Source: an uncultured cyanobacterium (GTDB lineage Bacteria > Cyanobacteriota > Cyanobacteriia > Cyanobacteriales > Nostocaceae). From it: a DNA stretch of 64,000 nt. Shown here in pieces: positions 9,675 to 20,146 of the stretch. The first letter of the stretch is position 1; each line of letters begins with the position of its first letter. A model generated the notes under the pieces. It saw only the letters and a program-made list of their open reading frames with translations, was not told the DNA's origin and did no database searches. The stretch spans positions 2,176,001 through 2,240,000 of the forward strand of contig CAVUDP010000002.1 in the NCBI GenBank assembly GCA_963740315.1, in the 5' to 3' direction. The position numbers and the translations under genes are program-made.

Positions 9675-9931
9675 TCAAAAAATCGTAGCGCTATAGTTAT
9701 TTTATACTTCCAATTTGGTTTTTTATTATTTCACTTATTTTATCGCATTTTTAACAATTTTATTCTCGATTTCTTTGCAAATTTATTTGATAAAAGTGAT
9801 TAGCTAAAATAATTTTATAAATCAAATTGTCTAAAAAAAAAATTGGCAGGTTGATGCGGTTGAGTTGTCTAATTAACTCAATTTATTCTTACAAAAAACA
9901 TATTCAATTTTATAAATCAATTTTTAACAAT

Positions 9932-10393
9932 TCAAGCAACAGCAACAATTTCTTTTTCTTTCATATCGGCGTAAATATAAGGCATCATTTTTGCATCGGG
10001 TTCGATTTCAACCCAAACTTGAGCGCCACAACCGAGGGGATTGTTAGGACGATAAATTATCCGACAAGTACCAGTTATTTCAAATTCGTGGCAATAATCA
10101 ATTTGACTTCCCTGTTGAACTCTGAGTACGGGTTCATTTTCTTTCTTCTTTTTGTTGCTCTTAATTTTGTGACTATTAACGCAAATGTTAGTAAATGCCT
10201 TGGAAACTCGCTTTCTCCAAGTACCTTTAGGACCTCTATTACCTTCTTCAATTTTGGGCATTCCGCTAAATAAAGGAATCTGCCAAAATCTACCTTCTTT
10301 TTTAGCTCCGATAACTCTGCCTTCCTGTAACAAACACCGCACTCTTTGATCGCAAATTTTTAACAAACGTGCTGCTTCTTTTGTTCCAACCAT
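9932..10393 (-). CDS. Excisionase-like HTH protein with a C-terminal domain of unknown function
   Basis: GTKEAARLLKICDQRVRCLLQEGRVIGAKKEGRFWQIP is HTH_17-like. ATG 10393. Confidence 0.75.
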   Translation of the reverse strand: MVGTKEAARLLKICDQRVRCLLQEGRVIGAKKEGRFWQIPLFSGMPKIEEGNRGPKGTWRKRVSKAFTNICVNSHKIKSNKKKKENEPVLRVQQGSQIDYCHEFEITGTCRIIYRPNNPLGCGAQVWVEIEPDAKMMPYIYADMKEKEIVAVA

Positions 10394-10580
10394 GATAATT
10401 AACACCCATTAAACTATATCGCTATAGTTTTTATATCATCTGGAAAAAGAAAAATCAAGTAGTTTGAGAAAAAAAGTTTGGCAATGAAATTCCAAGCTAA
10501 AAAAGATACAGAAGGTTAAATCCGTAAAAAGATAGTTGTAACTTGGTAGATAAAGAAAGTAAGACTATTGATAAAAAATT

Positions 10581-12362
10581 ATGATTTCCAACCAGCAAAC
10601 AAATGCGAATAATTTAAAACCGAGATTTGAAGGCTTTTTTATGGAAATGGTGATGCCTGACTTGGAGGATAGGTGTCAGGAGGTTGTAGCGCAGGTGCTT
10701 GGTAAAGATTGGAAAGTTCAAGCAATTGGGGATAATTTGACCGAATTTGAAATTTTGCTTGAAGATGATGCGGTATCGGTTAAACTTGCTTGGGATAAGA
10801 CTTATGAACTGCGATCGCAACCGGGTGTAGTTGATGTGGAGCCGTTATTTACAGTTCCGGTAAGGGAAGTTAGGAAGCCAGAAGAACAGGTAGTAAAAAC
10901 CAAGAGTTCTGAAAGTAAATCTCTTTTCGACCTAATTTTTCAGTTTCTAGACAAGTTGTTAGATTTATTTACTGGTTCGGGTGTTGAAACTGGACTTTCT
11001 ACCGATGATGTAAATTGGGTTTTGAAGGAATTAAAAGTTTTTCAAGCGTGGGAGAAGTATTTTCCCGACTCGAATAAACCACCGGGACATGGAATAATTA
11101 TTGCTCATCCGGATACTGGATATACGACACATCCAGAAATTGCGGATAATTTGCTGCTTTCGGAAGGTTACGATTTTGTTGGTTTGGATGAAGATGAAAC
11201 AGATCCTTTAGAAAAGTCAGATGCGGAATTAGTAAATAATCCCGGTCACGGTACCTTAGCAGCAAGCGTGATGGTAAGTCCGCCTTTAGCGCAGGGTAAT
11301 TATGATAATGGTAAGTACGTTACGGGTGTAGCTCCCGGTGCGAAGTTGGTGCCATTGCGAGTATCTTATTCGGTGGTACTTTTGAGCAATCGTAATTTAG
11401 CGAAAGCGATTGAATATGCGGCTGATAAAGGTTTTCATATAGTTTCAATATCCTTGGGAGCGGCTTTTTATAATAAGCGGTTGCGGAGTGCCATCCTTTA
11501 CGCGCAAAAACGGGGTGTAATTATCATTGCGGCATCGGGTACCTGGGTTCCTTTTGTGATATTCCCGGCAGCTTACGATGAAGTAATTGCAGTTTGCGGC
11601 AGTACGGTTGAACGCAAGATTTGGTGGGGTGCATCAAAGGGGAGAAAAGTTGATGTTAGCGCACCGGGGAAAGGAGTTTGGTATGCCAGAACTGTGAAGG
11701 AAAACGGCGAATTAAAATATAAAATTAAACAAGGTTCGGGTACTTCGTTATCTACACCATTAGTTGCGGGTGTTGCAGCCTTATGGTTGTCTTATCACGG
11801 TAGAGATAATTTAGTTCGTCGTTATGGTGCGGAGAAAATTCCGTTTATATTTAATCAGTTGCTGCGGGAAACTTGTGATGTTCCTCCCAATTGGAAGCCG
11901 ACAAGATATGGTGCAGGGATTGTAAATGCTGCAAAGTTGTTAGATGCACCGCTACCGGATAACGTAAATCGTTCGGTGATTCCTCCAGCTTTTGCATTGC
12001 AGCAACATACTCTGGTGGAAAGTGGGGAATTGGATACTTTTGCTCATATGTTTGAATCGGAAGAAATGAGCGTTAATTATTTGAATTCCCAGCTTGCACA
12101 GTTGTTAAAAACCAATGAAACGGAATTACCAAAGAAGTTAAAAGAAGTTGGAGGGGAGTTATCCTTTTGCTTTGCAGCTAATGGGGAATTGTACGATAAA
12201 TTTGCAGCTTCTTTGAATCAAGAGAAAGGCGATCGGCAACAACCATTAAGTAGGGAATTTCAGAGTTTAGCAGTTCAACCATCCGATTCTGGGAAGGAAA
12301 TGCGCGATATGTTGTTAAATCTTGGTGTTTCGGACAACTTGAATCGGAAATTAGGGAATTAG
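10581..12362 (+). CDS. Subtilase (peptidase S8), no obvious signal peptide
   Basis: Catalytic triad motifs IAHPDTG, GHGT and GSGTSLS. Confidence 0.9.
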   Translation: MISNQQTNANNLKPRFEGFFMEMVMPDLEDRCQEVVAQVLGKDWKVQAIGDNLTEFEILLEDDAVSVKLAWDKTYELRSQPGVVDVEPLFTVPVREVRKPEEQVVKTKSSESKSLFDLIFQFLDKLLDLFTGSGVETGLSTDDVNWVLKELKVFQAWEKYFPDSNKPPGHGIIIAHPDTGYTTHPEIADNLLLSEGYDFVGLDEDETDPLEKSDAELVNNPGHGTLAASVMVSPPLAQGNYDNGKYVTGVAPGAKLVPLRVSYSVVLLSNRNLAKAIEYAADKGFHIVSISLGAAFYNKRLRSAILYAQKRGVIIIAASGTWVPFVIFPAAYDEVIAVCGSTVERKIWWGASKGRKVDVSAPGKGVWYARTVKENGELKYKIKQGSGTSLSTPLVAGVAALWLSYHGRDNLVRRYGAEKIPFIFNQLLRETCDVPPNWKPTRYGAGIVNAAKLLDAPLPDNVNRSVIPPAFALQQHTLVESGELDTFAHMFESEEMSVNYLNSQLAQLLKTNETELPKKLKEVGGELSFCFAANGELYDKFAASLNQEKGDRQQPLSREFQSLAVQPSDSGKEMRDMLLNLGVSDNLNRKLGN

Positions 12363-12366
12363 GAAG

Positions 12367-12502
12367 AGATGGGGAGTACTTCGACAAGTCTTACAGTGAG
12401 CTACGTCGAACTGCTCAGTAACCTTTGGGGTTCGGGGGAGTACTTCGACAAGTCTTACAGTGAGCTACGTCGAACTGCTCAGTAACCTTTGGGGTTCGGG
12501 GG
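12367..12502. repeat. 64-bp tandem duplication of a palindromic dispersed repeat
   Basis: GGGGAGTACTTCGACAAG...GTCGAACTGCTCAGTAACCTTTGGGGTTCG at 12371 and 12435; reverse-complement copy at 19244-19307. Confidence 0.9.
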
Positions 12503-12508
12503 AATTAT

Positions 12509-12612
12509 AAGTACTTAAGCAAAATTAATTGTATATTGTCCGAAGCGAGGAACGAAGCAATCCCAATAACTTGAAGCTTTCCGAATGTAAAATTAATTTT
12601 GCACGACTACTT
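12509..12612. mobile_element. MITE-like element
   Basis: Imperfect terminal IRs AAGTA...GCAAAATTAATT / AATTAATTTTGC...TACTT around a GCGAGGAACGAAGCAATCCC core. Confidence 0.6.
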
Positions 12613-12657
12613 GTGCGATCGCGTTTAATATCAGTAATTATCTTTTAAAGCTCTACT

Positions 12658-13122
12658 ATGATTCGTTCTGCGAATTCCGATGACAAGACGGCTTTGATGG
12701 CTTTAGCTGAAGCGATCGCTTTATTTGAAGCGAACGAACTCGACGAAATGAGCGGTATGCTGTCTGAATATTTTGATGGCAATCTTGGCAACGAACATTT
12801 TTGGATTGCTGATGATGATAACGGAATACAAGCGGCTGCTTACTATGCACCAGAGATGTTGGCTGGTGGAACTTGGAATCTTTACTTTATTGGAGTGCAG
12901 CCAAATTGTCAGGGAAAAGGACGCGGTACTTTATTGCTGCGTTACGTCGAACAACATTTAAAAGAACGCGGCGAGCGTTTGCTATTGGTGGAAACGTCGG
13001 GTTTGGATAGTTTCGAGCAGACGCGGACTTTTTACCGCAAAAATGGGTATGAGCAGGAAGCAAGAATTCGCGATTATTATAAAGCGGGTGAAGATAAGAT
13101 TATTTTCCGCAAAGCTTTGTGA
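12658..13122 (+). CDS. GNAT N-acetyltransferase
   Basis: IGVQPNCQGKGRGT acetyl-CoA motif; FYRKNGY. Confidence 0.9.
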   Translation: MIRSANSDDKTALMALAEAIALFEANELDEMSGMLSEYFDGNLGNEHFWIADDDNGIQAAAYYAPEMLAGGTWNLYFIGVQPNCQGKGRGTLLLRYVEQHLKERGERLLLVETSGLDSFEQTRTFYRKNGYEQEARIRDYYKAGEDKIIFRKAL

Positions 13123-13429
13123 ATGGGAGATGGGGAGAAAACACCATTCAACCCCATAGTGCAGACATCGCAGCTAATGTAGAGACTATTATTTTACGTC
13201 TCTTTTATTTTGGGTTGTAACAAGAATTATTGAATAAATAGTTATTAATAGAGAGCAAGATACGAACGCTACAAAAAATATTTTTCAGAATAATATAAAC
13301 GCGCTCAATTGTTTAACCCTTCCAGTTGCGATAACCGACTTTTGACCATTTCAACTCAATTAAAGTATCCTTAATGTAGAAACTTGTGATTTTTTCACAA
13401 ATTACTGCATTATCTTTATTTTATAAGCC

Positions 13430-14716
13430 ATGCTCATTGAATTTAGTGTCGGCAACTACAGATCGTTTAAAGAGCCAGTCACTTTTAGTATGGTGGCAGC
13501 TAACCTTGTCGCAAAAGATAAAGAATTAGATGAAAACAACGTTTTTGCAGTAGACAATGAGTTGAAGCTGCTTAAAAGTGCTGCAATATATGGAGCAAAT
13601 GCCAGCGGTAAAAGCAACCTTGCCAAAGCTTTAGAGTTCATGAAGTCGTTTATGGTTAATTCATCCAGAGAAACCCAAAGTACCGATGCAATAAATGTAG
13701 AACCTTTTCGGCTCAGTACGGATACAGAAGATAAACCATCTTATTTTGAGTTGGTGTTTTTGATGGATGGAAAAAGATATAGATACGGTTTTGAAGCAAA
13801 TCAAAAACAAATTATCTCGGAGTGGTTATATTATGTCCCCAAAGTTAGGGAAACCAAATTATTCGAGCGTGAAATGAATAATTTTAAAATATCTAAAAGT
13901 TATGAAGCAAGCGGTATTCAAAAAAGAACAAGAGATAATGCATTATTTTTATCTGTTTCCGCTCAATTTAATGTTGGAATTGCAGAAAAAATTTTAGATT
14001 TTGTAAATCATGAACTAAATATTATTTCACCATCACAGCAAGATATATGTTTAATTTATACTATTGATTGCTTAATTAATGATGACAACAAGAATGACAT
14101 TCTTAAATTGATAAAAAAATTAGATTTGGGAATTGATAATATTCAAGTTGAACCAAGAGATTTTACAAATGATACATTACCCAATAATTTGCCAGACAAT
14201 ATGAAGCAAATTACTCTCAATCTTAAAAGAGCTAATACTGCTTCAATTGATACTATGCATCAAAAATTTGATAAAAATAACAATTATCATTCAATAGAGA
14301 AATTTAATTTTAAAAATCATGAATCTGAAGGAACGCAAAAAGTTTTTGCTTTATCTGGATTGCTAATACAGACTCTTAAGGAAGGGGATGTTCTTATTAT
14401 TGATGAGTTAGATGCAAGACTTCATCCTTTGATAACGACTGCAATTGTTGAGTTATTTAATTCTAAAGAAGCAAATCCAAACAACGCTCAATTAATATTC
14501 ATGACTGACGATACTAACTTACTTAGCAATAAACTGTTTCGTCGCGACCAAATCTGGTTTACCGAAAAAAATAGATATGGAGCAACCGATTTATATTCCT
14601 TAGCAGAATACAAAATACGCAACGACGCATCATTTGAAAGCGATTATATCAAAGGTAGATATGGTGCAATTCCATATATTGGAGATTTGACTCATTTAGT
14701 TGATTCTGATGTCTAA
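13430..14716 (+). CDS. AAA_21 / RloA (AbiLi-like) ABC-type ATPase
   Basis: FSVGNYRSF, Walker A GANASGKS, ESEGT signature, Walker B IIDELDARLHP, RRDQIWFTEK, GRYGAIP. Confidence 0.88.
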   Translation: MLIEFSVGNYRSFKEPVTFSMVAANLVAKDKELDENNVFAVDNELKLLKSAAIYGANASGKSNLAKALEFMKSFMVNSSRETQSTDAINVEPFRLSTDTEDKPSYFELVFLMDGKRYRYGFEANQKQIISEWLYYVPKVRETKLFEREMNNFKISKSYEASGIQKRTRDNALFLSVSAQFNVGIAEKILDFVNHELNIISPSQQDICLIYTIDCLINDDNKNDILKLIKKLDLGIDNIQVEPRDFTNDTLPNNLPDNMKQITLNLKRANTASIDTMHQKFDKNNNYHSIEKFNFKNHESEGTQKVFALSGLLIQTLKEGDVLIIDELDARLHPLITTAIVELFNSKEANPNNAQLIFMTDDTNLLSNKLFRRDQIWFTEKNRYGATDLYSLAEYKIRNDASFESDYIKGRYGAIPYIGDLTHLVDSDV

Positions 14717-15311
14717 AAAGAATAGAAGCTTTCGTGGATATTCATCCAGAAAAATTGATACTAGAGAAGTCAGACAGAGATTTTTGATAGTATGTGAAGG
14801 AGAAAAAACTGAACCCAACTATTTTAGAAGTTTTCGCGTTCCGAAGAATGTTGTTGAAATAGATGTACAAGGTTTGGGTGAAAATCCCAGTAAACTTGTT
14901 AAGAGCGCAAAAAGGCTGAATGAAAAAGAAGATTACGACCAAGTTTGGTGTGTTTTTGACCGGGATGCTTGGAATAAAGAAGATTTTAATAACGCGATTA
15001 AAAATGCTGGTGATTTTGGATTTAAAGTAGCTTATTCTAATGAAGCTTTTGAATTATGGTACGTTTTGCACTTTGAATTTCTTAATACTGGTATTCCTCG
15101 AAGCGATTATATCAAGAAATTAAAATCATTACTCGGTCATAAATATCAGAAGAATAGCGAAACAATTTACGAAGAATTATTTAATAAACAACCTACCGCA
15201 ATTAAAAACGCCACAACTCTGTTAAAACAATATTCTCCTCAAAATCCAGTCGAAAATAATCCCTCCACAACGGTTCATTTATTAGTGCAAGAACTGAATA
15301 GATTCATCTAA
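14709..15311 (+). CDS. rloB: RloB family (AbiLii-like, TOPRIM) protein
   Basis: LIVCEGEKTEPNYF, WCVFDRD, SNEAFELWYVLHF, NPSTTVHLLV; start overlaps the ATPase stop. Confidence 0.88.
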   Translation: MSKKNRSFRGYSSRKIDTREVRQRFLIVCEGEKTEPNYFRSFRVPKNVVEIDVQGLGENPSKLVKSAKRLNEKEDYDQVWCVFDRDAWNKEDFNNAIKNAGDFGFKVAYSNEAFELWYVLHFEFLNTGIPRSDYIKKLKSLLGHKYQKNSETIYEELFNKQPTAIKNATTLLKQYSPQNPVENNPSTTVHLLVQELNRFI

Positions 15312-15340
15312 TGATAGCCAGCCATTTCAATCTTCCAATA

Positions 15341-15436
15341 TCAGGACTTACACAGCGACAACGGAAAATATAGTGTTCTAAATGTTGCGATCCCCCCAAC
15401 CCCCCTTATTTAAGGGGGGCTTTACGTAAACCCTAA
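15341..15436. mobile_element. MITE, AGGACTTACGCA-TIR family, copy 1
   Basis: TIRs plus internal CCCCCC...GGGGGG hairpin; homologous to copies at 25464, 28488 and 53984. Confidence 0.75.
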
Positions 15437-15640
15437 ATATCTCTCCTTACTTCTTCCCTCTGCGAACGAGAGCGCCTAGTAAGGTTTTTTCTTTTAATTT
15501 TTTCTTTCAACAAGAACAGAATAGTTCAGCCCACGCAGATGGCGAGAGCTATCCGAAAATATTGCAGAAAACAGAATTTACCACCTTTAAGACTATCTGA
15601 TATTGTTTACTAAGAAATATTCACGGTATATAAAAATTTA

Positions 15641-16684
15641 ATGCGTAAATTCAAACTTTTACTTTTATCCTTACCCATCTTCCTTGCCATATCTTCCTGC
15701 GTTGCCGAACCGACGGCGGAGAATAGCAACAGTCGTTTAAATGCAGTAAAAAATCGCAAAAATTTAATTTGTGGAGTTAGCGGACAATTACCCGGCTTCA
15801 GCTTCGTTGACAGTAGCGGTAATTACAGCGGACTTGATGTAGATGTATGTCGCGCTGTTTCAGCTGCTTTATTTGACGATCCAAATGCAGTGGAATTCCG
15901 TCAACTCAACGCCAAAGAACGATTTACCGCATTACAAACCGGGGAAGTAGACATTCTCAGCCGCAACACCACCTGGACGATGAGCCGCGATACTTCTGTC
16001 GGTTTAAACTTCGCACCTGTAGTATTTTACGACGGTCAAGGCATGATGGTACGAAAAAATAGTAATATCAAATCCTTGTCCGACCTCAAAGGCAAAGCAA
16101 TCTGCACCCAAACCGGAACCACCAACGAACAAAATTTAGCCGATCAAATGCGAAAGCGGGGAATTACCTACAAATCCGTAGTTTTTGAAGACGTAAATAC
16201 AACTTATTCAACCTATCAACAAGGACGCTGCGACGCAATTACATCCGATAAATCCCAATTAATTTCCCGACGCACCACCTTACCGAAACCAGAAGACCAC
16301 ATAATTTTAGAAGAAGCCTTATCGCAAGAACCCCTTACACCAGCAGTAGCAGACGGAGATGCAAAATGGGGAGATACCGTGAGATGGGTAGTAAATACAG
16401 TTATCAAAGCTGAAGAATTAGGTATTAATTCGCAAAATGTAGAACAGTTGAAAACTACTACTAAAGACCCAGAAACCAGGAGATTACTAGGAGTTGAAGG
16501 AGATTTAGGTCAAGGAATTGGTTTAACACCGGACTTCGGTGAAAGAATAATTAAGCACGTTGGAAACTACGGCGAAATCTACGATCGCAATCTCGGTCCC
16601 AAAACAAAACTTAATTTACCCCGCGACAATCGCAATCAACCTTGGACAAAAGGTGGGTTGTTGTATTCTCCACCATTCCGATAA
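15641..16684 (+). CDS. natF: Amino-acid ABC transporter substrate-binding lipoprotein (AapJ/BztA type)
   Basis: Lipobox ISSC, GLDVDVCRA, SRNTTWT, GNYGEIYDRNLG, GGLLYSPPFR. Confidence 0.88.
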   Translation: MRKFKLLLLSLPIFLAISSCVAEPTAENSNSRLNAVKNRKNLICGVSGQLPGFSFVDSSGNYSGLDVDVCRAVSAALFDDPNAVEFRQLNAKERFTALQTGEVDILSRNTTWTMSRDTSVGLNFAPVVFYDGQGMMVRKNSNIKSLSDLKGKAICTQTGTTNEQNLADQMRKRGITYKSVVFEDVNTTYSTYQQGRCDAITSDKSQLISRRTTLPKPEDHIILEEALSQEPLTPAVADGDAKWGDTVRWVVNTVIKAEELGINSQNVEQLKTTTKDPETRRLLGVEGDLGQGIGLTPDFGERIIKHVGNYGEIYDRNLGPKTKLNLPRDNRNQPWTKGGLLYSPPFR

Positions 16685-16946
16685 CAGTTAGCAGTGAGCA
16701 GTGAGCAGTTAACAGCGAGCAGTGAATAATTATTTATACATGATGAAAATGAATATAAAAAAATAAAAGTCTTATTGGTAACTTTTATGCTAGATTCCTT
16801 GTAAAAAAGTTTCTATAAGGCTGACAATCTAAGAGAAATTACGTTTGGCAAACAAAATTGTTTATAACTACATAACAAAAATGGCTGCAACTAAAATGCG
16901 TAACAACTTAACTGCTCACTGCTCACTGCTCACTGTTCACTGATTT

Positions 16947-17858
16947 ATGTCTTTTTTGCGAGATACCCGTTTTTGGAAGATAGCAACGCAGGTTATTGCT
17001 GTAATATTAGCGATAACTATTGTAAGTATTTTATTTGTTAACGTTAGTCGTAATTTACAACAGTTAGGAATTCAATTTGGATTCGATTTTCTGCAACAGG
17101 AAGCGTCTTTTGATATCGGTGAAACTCCCATCGCTTATAAACCTACCGACGATTACAGTCGGGCTTTATGGGTGGGTTTACTAAATACCATTAAAGTTGC
17201 TGTAGCGGGAATTATTCTTACTACTATTGTTGGAATTACTGCGGGAATCGCTAGACTTTCCGATAACTGGTTGGTGCGAAACATAGCTTTAATTTATGTA
17301 GAGATATTTCGCAATACACCATTACTTTTACAATTACTATTTTGGTATTCTGCTGTTTTCCTAAGTTTCCCGAATGTAAATAATAAAATCTCGTTGGGAG
17401 GATTAATTTATTTAAGTCAAGGTGGTTTAGAATTTTTAGGATTTAAATTTTCTTCAGAATTTGCAGCTTTATTAATTGGTTTAGTCTTTTATACAGGCTC
17501 CTTCATCGCCGAAATAGTTCGCGGTGGAATTCAATCGGTATCAAAAGGGCAATGGGAAGCAGCGCGATCGCTAGGTTTAAAACCTGGTTTAATCATGCGT
17601 TTGGTGATATTTCCTCAAGCCTTGCGGGTGATTATTCCATCTTTGACAAGTCAGTATTTAAACTTAGCTAAAAATTCCAGTTTGGCGATCGCGATCGGTT
17701 ATCCCGACATTTATTTCGTTGCTTCCACCACCTTTAACCAAACCGGGAAAGCAGTAGAAGTAATGTTATTAATCATGCTTACCTATTTAACTTTTAGTTT
17801 AACTATTTCCTTAGTGATGAACTTGTTTAATAGAAGCGTGCAGATAAAAGAGAGGTAG
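16947..17858 (+). CDS. natG: Amino-acid ABC permease (AapQ type)
   Basis: FRNTPLLLQL, EIVRGGIQSVSKGQWEAA (EAA loop), NLAKNSSLA. Confidence 0.88.
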   Translation: MSFLRDTRFWKIATQVIAVILAITIVSILFVNVSRNLQQLGIQFGFDFLQQEASFDIGETPIAYKPTDDYSRALWVGLLNTIKVAVAGIILTTIVGITAGIARLSDNWLVRNIALIYVEIFRNTPLLLQLLFWYSAVFLSFPNVNNKISLGGLIYLSQGGLEFLGFKFSSEFAALLIGLVFYTGSFIAEIVRGGIQSVSKGQWEAARSLGLKPGLIMRLVIFPQALRVIIPSLTSQYLNLAKNSSLAIAIGYPDIYFVASTTFNQTGKAVEVMLLIMLTYLTFSLTISLVMNLFNRSVQIKER

Positions 17859-17990
17859 GAAAGAGAGAGGGGGAAGAGGGGGAAGAGGGGGTAGAAATAA
17901 AAAATAATTACTAACTCCTAACTCCTAACTCCTAACTGTTCACTGTTCACTGTTCACTGCTCATTGTTCACTGTTAACTGTTAACTGATT

Positions 17991-19115
17991 ATGATTTGGC
18001 TTCGTAAAAATTTATTTAGCACCTGGTACAATAGTTTATTTACAATAATTTGCTTAACAATTATCTTTTTCTTTGGGTGGAATCTAATTAACTGGATATT
18101 TACTCAAGCACAATGGCAGGTTATTGAAGCTAATTTACGTATATTCATAGTTGGGAGATATCCACAATCTTTATATTGGCGAGTTTGGATTTCAGCTTTA
18201 ATTGCTTCTATACTGACTTTTTTAAGTTTGGGTGTATTCTCAACAAAAGAAAATATACCAAAAATAACGTTAATAATTACAGCTTTCTTATACGGTGTTT
18301 TATTAATAGTCTTACCAATTGATTTAAACTCTCGTTTATTATTACTGGGTATCGGATTTTCAGGATTTATTAGTTTTTGGGTGGGAAAAAAGTTCGCTAA
18401 ATTAATATCACCATATTTAGCTTTCGCGTGGTTGCTATCTTTCCCGATAATTCTCTGGTTAATTGGCGGTGGATTGGGCTTGCGATCGGTATTTAGCTCT
18501 GACTGGAATGGTTTGCTTTTGACTTTGTTAATGGCAGCAATAAGTATTTTACTATCATTTCCCATCGGAATTTTACTCGCTTTAGGACGTACCAGCGATT
18601 TACCTGTAGTAAAGTGGTTTTCTATCCTTTATATTGAAATTATCCGAGGATTACCGTTAATTGGAATTTTGTTTTTAGCTCAAGTAATGCTGCCGTTATT
18701 TTTACCAATTCGTTTAGATAGAGTATTGCGCGGTGTCGCTGGATTAATAATATTTAGTGCTGCTTATATGGCAGAAAATGTTAGAGGAGGATTGCAATCG
18801 GTACCCAGGGGACAAGTTGAAGCAGCTAAAGTATTAGGATTAAATCCAGCTTTAGTATTATTGTTAATCGTATTACCGCAAGCCTTACGTGCAGTTATTC
18901 CCGCAATAGTCGGTCAATTCATCGGACTTTTCAAAGATACTTCTTTACTATCTTTAGTCGGATTACTAGAATTAACTGGAATGGCACGTTCCATATCAGC
19001 CCAACCGCAATTTTTAGGTCGTTATGCAGAAGTTTATTTATTTATCGGCTTAATTTACTGGGTATTTTGTTATTCAATGTCTCTTGCATCGAGGAAATTG
19101 GAAGTTAGTGGTTAG
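17991..19115 (+). CDS. natH: Amino-acid ABC permease (AapM type)
   Basis: WLRKNLF, IRGLPLI, ENVRGGLQSVPRGQVEAA, FKDTSL. Confidence 0.88.
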   Translation: MIWLRKNLFSTWYNSLFTIICLTIIFFFGWNLINWIFTQAQWQVIEANLRIFIVGRYPQSLYWRVWISALIASILTFLSLGVFSTKENIPKITLIITAFLYGVLLIVLPIDLNSRLLLLGIGFSGFISFWVGKKFAKLISPYLAFAWLLSFPIILWLIGGGLGLRSVFSSDWNGLLLTLLMAAISILLSFPIGILLALGRTSDLPVVKWFSILYIEIIRGLPLIGILFLAQVMLPLFLPIRLDRVLRGVAGLIIFSAAYMAENVRGGLQSVPRGQVEAAKVLGLNPALVLLLIVLPQALRAVIPAIVGQFIGLFKDTSLLSLVGLLELTGMARSISAQPQFLGRYAEVYLFIGLIYWVFCYSMSLASRKLEVSG

Positions 19116-19243
19116 AAGTTACTTTCTATTCCAACAGAAGATTACCGATTATAAAAACCGCAGAGACACAGAGAGCGCTGAGAAAAGAAGTTTCATAGAG
19201 ATAAGAGTTGATAATTAATAATTCTCTCCCCTTCTCCCCATCT

Positions 19244-19307
19244 CCCCAAAGGTTACTGAGCAGTTCGACGTAGCTCACTGTAAGACTTGTCGAAGTACTC
19301 CCCATCT
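19244..19307. repeat. Inverted copy of the 12367 repeat, inserted in a CCCCATCT STRR
   Basis: Reverse complement of 12367-12430. Confidence 0.9.
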
Positions 19308-19338
19308 CCCTCCTCTACCCCCTCTCTCCCAAATTAAA

Positions 19339-20076
19339 ATGTCAAATCAACCGATAATAATCGCCGAAGAAGTTCATAAATGGTATGGTAAATTCCACGT
19401 TCTCCAAGGTGTGAGTTTAACTGTAAATCGTGGGGAAGTTGTTGTATTAATGGGACCATCTGGTTCGGGTAAATCAACTTTTATCCGCACTTTTAATGCT
19501 TTGGAAGAATACCAAAAGGGAAAAATAGAAATTGATGGCGTTACTCTCAGCCACGATTTAAAAAATATTGAAACCATTCGTCGTGAAGTGGGAATGGTGT
19601 TTCAACAATTTAATTTATTTCCTCACCTAAGCGTAATTAAAAACATCACCTTAGCTCCAACTTGGGTACGAAAATTCTCTAAACCCAAAGCCGAAGAATT
19701 GGCAATGCAATTATTAGAAAGAGTTGGAATTTTAGAACAAGCGCAGAAATATCCCGGACAATTATCTGGTGGACAACAACAACGAGTGGCGATCGCCAGA
19801 GCTTTAGCAATGCAGCCTAAAATAATGTTGTTCGACGAACCCACTTCAGCTTTAGATCCGGAAATGGTACGAGAAGTACTCGACGTGATGCGAAATCTAG
19901 CTCGTGAAGGGATGACAATGGTAGTAGTTACCCATGAAGTGGGATTTGCTCGCGAAGTTGCCGATCGCGTAGTTTTAATGGATGGGGGAACTCTCGTAGA
20001 AGCAGCTACACCCGATAACTTCTTTTCACATCCACAAGAAGAACGAACTCGTAAATTTTTATCGCAAATACTTTAG
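19339..20076 (+). CDS. bgtA: Polar amino-acid ABC ATPase
   Basis: [28 protein letters not shown]; gene order matches Anabaena natFGH-bgtA. Confidence 0.85.
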   Translation: MSNQPIIIAEEVHKWYGKFHVLQGVSLTVNRGEVVVLMGPSGSGKSTFIRTFNALEEYQKGKIEIDGVTLSHDLKNIETIRREVGMVFQQFNLFPHLSVIKNITLAPTWVRKFSKPKAEELAMQLLERVGILEQAQKYPGQLSGGQQQRVAIARALAMQPKIMLFDEPTSALDPEMVREVLDVMRNLAREGMTMVVVTHEVGFAREVADRVVLMDGGTLVEAATPDNFFSHPQEERTRKFLSQIL

Positions 20077-20146
20077 AAAAACAGCTAAAAACATCGGCTT
20101 ATTACATCTTATGATTAGAACATGGGTACCATCTACTAATTAATTC

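Noticed and set aside
9827..10273. 148-aa plus-strand ORF and the many other short antisense ORFs in the track
   Set aside because: Shadows of well-supported genes on the opposite strand, with no motifs of their own
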